From: Octopus sinensis | Lineage: Eukaryota | Assembly (NCBI RefSeq): GCF_006345805.1 | Contig: NW_021835052.1 | Span: forward strand, 1 to 44,320 | Reading direction: 5' to 3' | Length of the DNA: 44,320 nt | Translations under genes and position numbers: made by a program | The notes under the pieces: model-generated | The model's input: only the letters and a program-made list of their open reading frames with translations | What the model was told of the DNA's origin: nothing | The model's database searches: none | In this document: piece after piece, positions 36,200-44,320 of the stretch | How the letters are laid out: every line of letters starts with the position of its first letter | Position numbering within the stretch: position 1 is the stretch's first letter

Positions 36200-37680
36200 T
36201 ATCGTTTGTAAACGCCTAGAAAACGACAACAATAATCATTAAGCAAGCAGATATAGGGAGTGCAATTGTTATAACGGATGCCGAATACTAAAGAGATTTA
36301 GTTGAGGACTAATTGAAGGACACGACATTCCGCTGTGAAAAACCTTCAAACATGGACCACCATATCATGAAAAAAGTTGATAATCTGATTTCAAAACATT
36401 ACAACTCCCTAACCAATTACGAAAGAGATTACAGCAGCAATATCGAACCAAAACTCAGCAAAGTCTGTGACTTGCCAAAAGTACACAAGTCAAAAGAAAT
36501 TCAACATGCAGTCAAGAAACAGGGAAGCAAGTACATAAAATTACCACATCTGAAGACCTAAAACTTAGACCTGTTATAGCTGGTCCAGTATGCCCTGCCC
36601 ACCATCTGAGCAATTCTATTGACATTATTTTAAAAGCATTATGTACCCACATACCTAGTTTCATCCGGGTTGACATCACTTCCTGCCCTATCTTCACAAA
36701 ACAACGAAATCGAATTCACTTTTACTTAGCTTTGATGTAGTAAGCTTCTACAATATTCTACAAGATTTAGGAATAAAGGCGATTAAATCCTGGGTGTAAA
36801 ACCATAGGGAAGTGATTCCCAGTAGATTCCCCGTGTCATTTATATAAGACGCAGTCAAACTTATTCTTGAAAATAACATATTCTTGTTCAGGGAACGAGT
36901 TTTTCGCCCATTTATGCGAACTCCGTAACGGGATACTTTGAAAAACGACTCTATCAAAGAATAGAGGAAAACTATGGCACTGAATTTAGAAGGTGTATTG
37001 AAGATGCATGGATGAGATACCTTGATGATTGCTTCATAATCTACACAAAATCTCCAGTTACTCTGGAAGAATTTAATATCCTCCTGAACAATCTGCACCC
37101 AACTCTCAAGTTTGCAAAGGAGATGAGTAGTACCAAATTGCCTTTTCTGACGATAATTAAAAGTGACACCACCATCACCACAGATATATACTATAAGCAT
37201 ACAGACACGCATCAGTACCGGAAGTTTAAATCGTGCCATCCAACACATACAAACCGCAATATCCCATACTGCCTAGCCAGAAACATTTGCACCATTGTGG
37301 GTGATGTGAATACCAGAGTCAAACACCTAATAACACTCAAAGAATTTCTACCCGAACAAAAATACCCATCTCTACATTTAGAAAATGGCATACAGGGTGC
37401 TATAGAAATACCCATACAATTTAGGGCAAACCCCAAAAAGAGGAAAACAAGAAAAGGTCATAACATTTATCGTGACACACAATCAGTGTTACCAAAATAT
37501 CTTTAGCATTGACAAAGCAAACTATTTCGATCATTGTTCAAAGTAATGAATTAAAGGATACAATCACAGATCGAGTTATGATTCTAAGTAAAAGACAGCC
37601 GAAGAACTTGAAACAATTACTAAAAAAGGGCTAAGTATGACCTAAGCAGCAATGACGAATCATTCATTGTATCTAAATAC
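36200..37680 (+). pseudogene. Penelope-like RT pseudogene
   Basis: Collinear with the RT at 16220-17341; many stops and frameshifts; most of motif B deleted near 36890. Confidence 0.9.
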
Positions 37681-38116
37681 ATGTCAGTTCATACATAGCG
37701 GTCGATATATGAAGAGTACCACTGGTCGATAACTGGTGAAGAATTGTGGACTGTCTGTCTCCCGTTTGTTTTTACATTCAGGATAAGTTGTCGTCTGTTT
37801 ATACATTTTTTCATTTATCAAGTAATGGAACACAACACACCGAATTTGTATTAACAAATAAGTTTATATATATATTATACATGCGTACCGTAAAAGTTCA
37901 TACATACGCCTATATACGCACAAGCATAAGAAAAACCATGGTGTGTGTGTATGAGTTTGTATATATATGCGTATATATTTGGCGAAAAATGCGAGTGAAG
38001 ATGGGTACGTTTTCATAGTGACGTATAAGTACGCACGTGGGTTCGCGAGCAGAATTATAACACAGAAATTTCACTTTATATAACGGTATTTTTTCATAGC
38101 GTTTTTCAGATGGCCA

Positions 38117-38177
38117 GATAACCGAAGAGATGGTGTTGTGGATTTCCACTTCGGTATCTGAAACTCAGAGTTTTATC
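38117..38177 (+). ncRNA. Type I hammerhead ribozyme, U4C variant, long stem II
   Basis: GAUAA-CCGAAGA-(31 nt with GUGGA/UCCAC hairpin)-GAA-ACUCAGAGU-U-UUAUC; perfect stem I GAUAA/UUAUC; same stem III as 14260. Confidence 0.75.
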
Positions 38178-38281
38178 TTGACTATTGAGTAAATGTAACA
38201 TATTATTTTATAGATAAATTTCCTCTATTTACATAATATTGAGGTCTCTTTCTTTCTTTTGTTATCTTACTGTTTTTACCA

Positions 38282-38350
<69 letters not shown>

Positions 38351-38552
38351 GGGGTTATATGTACGCATATATGCATACACACACATATAAACATATATAT
38401 ATACGTATATACATATGTATGTATGAATGTGTGTATGTATGTATATACGTGCATATATGTATATATGTATGTATATATATAAGAGTATTGTGTGTGTATA
38501 TATATACACAGACATAACGGAAGTAAATATATTCAAATTATATATTAGTTAT

Positions 38553-39088
38553 TATAATGTGAATATCAAATATTTAGCAGAGATGCCCTTTGCATTTTTC
38601 AATGCAAGGACCCTATAAGGCATGTTACTGATCAGATGACGAATATTCTGTTGAGGAATTTCTTACCAAGTTTTATGAAGTAATCTCAAGTGATCTGGCT
38701 TTGAGGATGTTTTCTTGTTCTTTTTACGAAGTGTCCAGCTCATTATGCTCTAGGGATGTTCAATAGGATTCATACCTGGTCACTGACCTGGCTATGGGAG
38801 TTTAGTGCCATCATTTTCAAACCAATCCTTTTAGCCGTGTGACAAGGAGTCCCAACTTCCATAAATAGAGTCTTCTTTAATCATTTCACCATTGGAGAAG
38901 ATTGAAAGGTGTCCTTTCTGCAATATGGATGCATATTTATCTGAGTTGATGTTTCCCTCACATTCCACTAGCTCTGATTCACCATTACTTCAAATTGCTC
39001 CACATCTGGTCTGCCATGGTTCATTGTTGGCTGCAATGTTTTCATGTCAAATTCTTGATCAAAGAGTCTCCAGGCCGATACTCGATCA
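38553..39088 (-). pseudogene. Tc1-like transposase C-terminal relic
   Basis: ELVECEGNINSDKYASILQ, PCHTAK, PGQ*PGMNPIEH, TW*EIPQQNIRHLISNMPYRV..KNAKG. Confidence 0.85.
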
Positions 39089-39279
39089 CTTTTTCATGCG
39101 ACTCTATACTGTTTTCTCCCTCATCTTTTTCTCCGCTTCACCGTTTTCTATCTCTCTCTCTCTCGCTCGCTCTCTCTGTCTCTCCCTTTCTCTTTTTCTC
39201 TCTCTCTCTCTCATTGCTCACTCACGACCATCGCCCATCTTTCTTTTCCTCATGTGTTCATCTTTCTTTTCCTTCTGGA

Positions 39280-39660
39280 CTGTCCTAAAGACTGGACGTA
39301 TTCTATCTCCCTCTTCCATCTTTTCCCTTTTCAAAGAAAATATTTCGCCAGCATTCGCTATTTTACTCTCGTTCTGGTATAACGACCCTCGGTTTCCTTG
39401 TATTTTTTCCCTGTCCTGTTTCTGTTCCCAACTTTGATCATCCATAAATCCCAAATTTTATTTTGGTACTTATGGCAGCGACTGTCTTCGAAGACTGAAA
39501 TTGTCGTTCAATGCTCAAAATGAGGAGTAGACAGACAGCCGCCGACGCTGACGAAGGGTCGTTCTTTATATTACTTGTCCTGTTTTCTATTTGTTTCTCT
39601 CGTTCTTTGCGTATTTCATGTTAGTTACTGTTGGTGACCAACCCATTTACTGTACCCATA
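39280..39660 (+). mobile_element. Diverged relative of the ~800-bp array unit
   Basis: Collinear patches with the unit's minus strand: CTCGTTC(T)GG..TAAC, CTGTCCTGTTT, CAAATTTTATTT, GGAGTAGA, CTGANGAAGGG, TGTCCTG. Confidence 0.6.
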
Positions 39661-39738
39661 TATGCATATGTATATATGTGTGTGCGCGCACATGCGTGTG
39701 TCTGTGTGTATGCATATATTATATATGTATTATATTTG

Positions 39739-39791
<53 letters not shown>

Positions 39792-39890
39792 TGTGTGTGT
39801 GGTGTGTGTGTGTGTGTGTGTGTGTCTGTATGTATGATGTATGTGTATATGATTGTGTGAATTCATTTGTTACAAATCCGTGTATATATA

Positions 39891-39933
<43 letters not shown>

Positions 39934-40263
39934 TATACGCATGCGCAACTAAAGACTCTTACAATAGGAATAGAAAATGCCAGATCGTTAATAAGGAGAA
40001 ACAAAAAAGGCAGAAGAAAGCAAAGGACAACTGATGATGTCACAGAAATGTGACGAAAGAACTCTACCCGAAATACAATTAATATAAAATAAAGCTGAAT
40101 CAAGTGAACACCAAATATATAGTGCGTGTGTTTTTATTGGATAAACTGACAACATGACCATCCCCAAATACAACAATATATATTTCAACACGCGAATTCA
40201 TATCAAGAATCTTGCAAAATGAATATATATATATATATATATATATATACTATATATATATTA

Positions 40264-41491
40264 TTGGGTTCGCAACTAGGTTCCCGCCGTTTTTTTTTAA
40301 ATTTTGGAATTTATTGCGTTTTTTTAAATTTGGGAATCTACGTTTTTCGAGAATTCTATTTTTGAATCATATTGTGTTTTTCTAATTAATTTTAGTTAAT
40401 TTTTGTTTATTTTCAGATCATTACAATGGAATGTCAAGTTAAGAAAACGAGCATTTTCAACACCTCCTTTTTGCTTTTAATCAAAGTTCTAAGGCCGCAA
40501 AATCTGCTCACGACATTTGTGCTGTGTATGGAGAGGATGCCTTGGATGAAAGAACCGCTTGTGATTGGTATGCCAAGTGCAAAAATGGAAATTTTGACCT
40601 CAAAGGCGCACCTAGTTCTGGCCGTCCAGTTGAGTTCGATGAAAAACGATCAAAACCAAATCTTACACAAAAATTCTCGTCAAACAACAAAGGAATTGGC
40701 AGAGAAAATGGAATGCTCCCACACTTCTATAGAGAAGCATCTTCACTCGATGGGAAGGTTCAGAAGTATGGAGCATGGGTTCTGCATGCTTTAAGGGACA
40801 ACGACAAAAATCAACGTGCCACAATTTCCGCTGGTTTGCTTTCTAGTCACTGCTCAACTCATGGACACAAGCAACGATTTCTTTACCGAATTGTTACTGG
40901 CGATGAAAAATGGTGCCTGTGTACCAATATGAAACATCGTAAGGAATGGCCTAGCCCCGGTAACAAGCGACACTGCGCGTGAAACAAGATCTTCATCCGC
41001 GTAAATTGATGTTGTGCGTATGGTGGGACTGGGAAGGGATTATCCATTACGAATTGCTTGAACGAAACCAGACGGTCAACGTGGAACTCTATGTTCAACA
41101 GATGAAACGACTCAACGTGGCTATTCAAGAGAAAAGACTTAATCATCAGCATGGAGTTCTTCTGTTGCACGTCAACGCCAGCCCTCATATCGCCAATATG
41201 ACCAAAGAAACCATTCAAACGTATGGCTGGGAAATGCTGCTACACCCGCCGTACTCTCCTGTTTTGGCACCAACGGATTTCCACCTCTTTCGATCTCTTT
41301 CAAATGCTATGCACGGAAATTCATTCAATACTGATACATAATTAAGAGGTTGATTGGATCAATTTTTCGAGTTGAAATTGGGTTGTAAACAACAAGGGTG
41401 AATACATTATTGATTAATTAGCTGTTATTTTTTAATAAACCTTTAAAAAAACTTAAATTAAAAAAAACGGTGGGAATTTAGTTGCCGACCA

Positions 41492-41493
<2 letters not shown>
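40264..41493 (+). mobile_element. Full-length mariner transposon (mellifera-like TIR), inactive
   Basis: TIRs TTGGGTTCGCAACTAGGTTCCCGCCGTTT and reverse-complement TTTGGTCGGCAACTAAATTCCCACCGTTT (23/29); TA on both sides; 1.23 kb. Subfamily inferred from TIR recollection. Confidence 0.93.
40426..41341 (+). pseudogene. Mariner transposase pseudogene
   Basis: YGEDALDERTACDWYAKCKNGNFDL, IVTGDEKW, WWDWEGIIHYELL, LHVNASPH, HPPYSPVLAPTDFHLFRSL; frameshifted. Confidence 0.93.
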
Positions 41494-41538
<45 letters not shown>

Positions 41539-41653
41539 CACATACATAAATGTTTAAGTATGCGTGTATGCATGTGTATGTATATGTACGTATATATATA
41601 TGTCTGTATGTGATATATGTGTAATATTTATGTGTGTGTATGTATATGTATAT

Positions 41654-41712
<59 letters not shown>

Positions 41713-42865
41713 TATACACGCATATGAATGTGTACATGCTTATCTATATACATTCGCAGAAAGTTTCAGAAATTAAGACGAAGAATGAAAGTTATGTATG
41801 TTAGAACGAAAAAAGAAAGAAAGAAGGAAAGAAAGACAGGAACGAAGGAAGGAAGGAAGAGAAATGAACGAATGAATGAAGTAAAGGCAGAAAGAATTGG
41901 AATAAATGAAAGAAGTGAAATTTCATTATGTTTACTTCAGTAAATAATCACAATGCGCATGTCTATTTCTATATCTCTATGTGACTTTCTCTTCCTGATA
42001 ACACCACCTTCATCCATTTAGTTTTTTTTATTTTCTTGTTTTACGTATTCAACATGCATCATATCTATACAAAATGGCCGTCCTTCTTACTTCGTCAAAA
42101 ACCATTTATTTGTTTAATTTTCCCTTCCCCTGTATTTCTGTCAATCCATTAACAATCCTAGCTTTTCCACAGTTTTATTAATAGTAACCATTAATATCCA
42201 ATCATCACTTTCCAAACGATCCTTCCATTTGCCCGTTATTCACATCGTATCAGTTATTGTGAAGAATTAAAAGAACTTATAAATTATTCTTGTAGAAGCT
42301 ATTCAATGAAGCTCATACGATATTCTTGAACACACTCTATAACTGATTCTTCTTCAACGAGATTTCCTCAGTTTTGCTTAACAACAGAATTCTATATATT
42401 TCTGTATGTTCAGCCATATTTAATATTACAACATTTCAATGTGTTTCCAGGATATCCCCCACCCGCCCGCCTCCCCTTTCATCTCTACTTTCCTTGTTTA
42501 AGAAGTTAGTCAAAAGACGAATAGTAAAATGTCCATGTCTTTTATAAGCCCTCTGCGTTTATTAAATTGATGTGGTTTCTTTTAAATTTGAATATCTATA
42601 GATCGTGTCTTCGGAGAAAAAAAAAACAAACAAAAACGTCCATAGGCAGAGTAGTTCCAAAGATCTGCGGTTCTGGCAAAGAATGTTTGAGTAAAGAATA
42701 TAGCTTAGGATTGGCAGGCGGGAAGGGGTCAGATACAGTGGGGGACAATGGAAGGGAAAGAAACAAATGTATTGGACAATTCTGGATAGAGTCGAAACGA
42801 GACAGAGGTGGATGTCCTAATGTTAGAAAAGTAGAACGAGAAACACACAATCAGCGTTTGTTAGT

Positions 42866-43271
42866 TCTCTTTCTTTCATTTTCTTTTTACTCGTTCCTCA
42901 CAGCGAACAGAGGCCATACTGGGGCACTGCTTTGAAGAGTTATACACGAATAAATCGACACCATTACTTGTTTTTTACTCTATCCGTCAATTTTGCCGAA
43001 CCGCTATGTTATGAAGGCATAAAGAAATAGCCAACACCGGTTATCAAGAGACGGGTTGAGGCAAGCACAAGCATGAATCCACACTCACATACACACACAT
43101 ACATACACATACAAACAAGCATACCCACAGTTTACATCGACAAAATTCACTTACAAACCATTGGCTGGCCCAGGACTCTAGTAGATGTCATCGGGTGTGG
43201 CACGCAGCGGAACTGAACCCAGAACCATGTAGCTGGGAAGCAAACGTCTTACCCGTCAGCCACACCAGCGC
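42866..43271 (-). mobile_element. Full-length tRNA-derived SINE (octopus OK-like by recollection)
   Basis: Minus-strand head GCGCTGGTGTGGCTGACGGGTAAG (A-box) and GGTTCAGTTCC (B-box, 43219-43209), internal (TG)n, body TAGCGGTTCGGCAAAA, purine-rich tail. Confidence 0.85.
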
Positions 43272-44320
43272 GATAGAATTTTATTTCGTGTTTGACAATG
43301 TGAAATGATTTTGAGTAATTGTGAGAGACATTGGGGAGAAAGTTTGACTGTGGCACAGCCTCCTCAAATTGTGTCACGTTGATTCAATGTTAGAATCTCG
43401 TTACGGATATACTTATATTCGGATCACACTGCGACCACATACTCTAATTTAACAAGCAACTATTTTGAGTTCAAGGCTGGAATCTGCAAAACATTCCCAA
43501 GTTTTTAGTGATCTGTTTCCTACAATCTGACTATTCTTCAGTTTCGATAACCGTAATAGATGCATAAAGATGGATTAGTAACTTGATTTAGGCTCCGGCT
43601 AAATAAATGTCATTAGGTTTCTTTTTTAAATTGCCATCTATGTATCATACTTAAAACATACACACTACCGCTAGTCTAGTTACTGCGGTATTTTTCTAAG
43701 GATAACATCTCTTATGGAATAGCCATGTTAAAAACACAGTAGATATCATAGAGAACCGAAACTTCGTCCCAGTATCGGCCAATAAGTGCGCCAGATGTAT
43801 TTCAGTAAATTTAAATTTGTGGTTAACTGCGAGTATGCACCATTGAAATAGTCCGTAGATGCTGAAACGCATCTGGTGCTCTCCCTGGCCGCTGCTGGGA
43901 CCAACATCCGTCTTTATCTAATGTTTATTGTTTTTAATACAAGTCTTAAAGAGAATTACGGTGATGTACTTGCATAGCAAGTGACCTGATCTGAGATCGT
44001 GTGCTGGAACAAAAACAATTGCAGCATAGAAGGTGTTTATAAGCCATTTAAGAAACACACAAAATCCGTTAGATTCACTTCAACATTTAAAATTAATTTG
44101 CCAAAATATTTTCGTCGCTTTGAGACAGCGACCTGTCCACTGACAAAATTCCGTGCTCTTAAAGAGAAATTATCTCAGAACAAATAGAAACTGACCTGTC
44201 CACGGTGTATAAACATTAAACATGATACATAGATGAGTGTTTTAATGAAAAACTGCCTCCAGTGCGTATACCGGATTTATATAAACATGTCTATATGTTA
44301 TTTATGTTGCTTTAACTTAA

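Larger units (their letters stand above)
36200..38281 (+). mobile_element. Decayed Penelope-like element (RT remnant, no endonuclease, HHR near 3' end)
   Basis: KQADIGSAIV, LPKVHKS, LRPVIAGP, SFDVVS, MRYLDDCF, YYKHTDTHQY..SCHP, SKRQPKNLK; HHR at 38117-38177; ends at (TA)n. Confidence 0.9.

Noticed and set aside
43300-44320. Host exon in the microsatellite-free terminal kilobase
   Set aside because: Short open frames on both strands but no recognisable domain or strong splice signals.

Overview
Repeat-saturated, AT-rich animal genomic DNA, most likely octopus (inferred from tRNA-headed SINEs I recall as octopus families and the extreme microsatellite load). No host protein-coding gene could be supported; nearly all ORFs in the track are microsatellite read-throughs. 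Recognisable content: three decayed Penelope-like retroelements (RT and/or GIY-YIG), two mariner elements with TIRs and TA TSDs, a DD37D (maT-like) and a Tc1-like transposase relic, an RTE LINE 3' fragment with three tandem zinc fingers, an R4/Dong-like RLE LINE fragment, three complete non-autonomous Helitrons, several SINEs, a 31-bp minisatellite and a triplicated ~800-bp unit. The unexpected theme is self-cleaving RNA: about a dozen hammerhead ribozyme (HHR) motifs, found by eye, on both strands. Most are minimal Penelope-type HHRs. The best candidate for a new system is in the ~800-bp tandem array: each unit carries on the minus strand all hammerhead core nucleotides and three pairable stems, but in reversed strand order (a non-circular, pseudoknotted permutation), with a diverged relative at ~39.5 kb. 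All RNA structures are manual predictions and untested.
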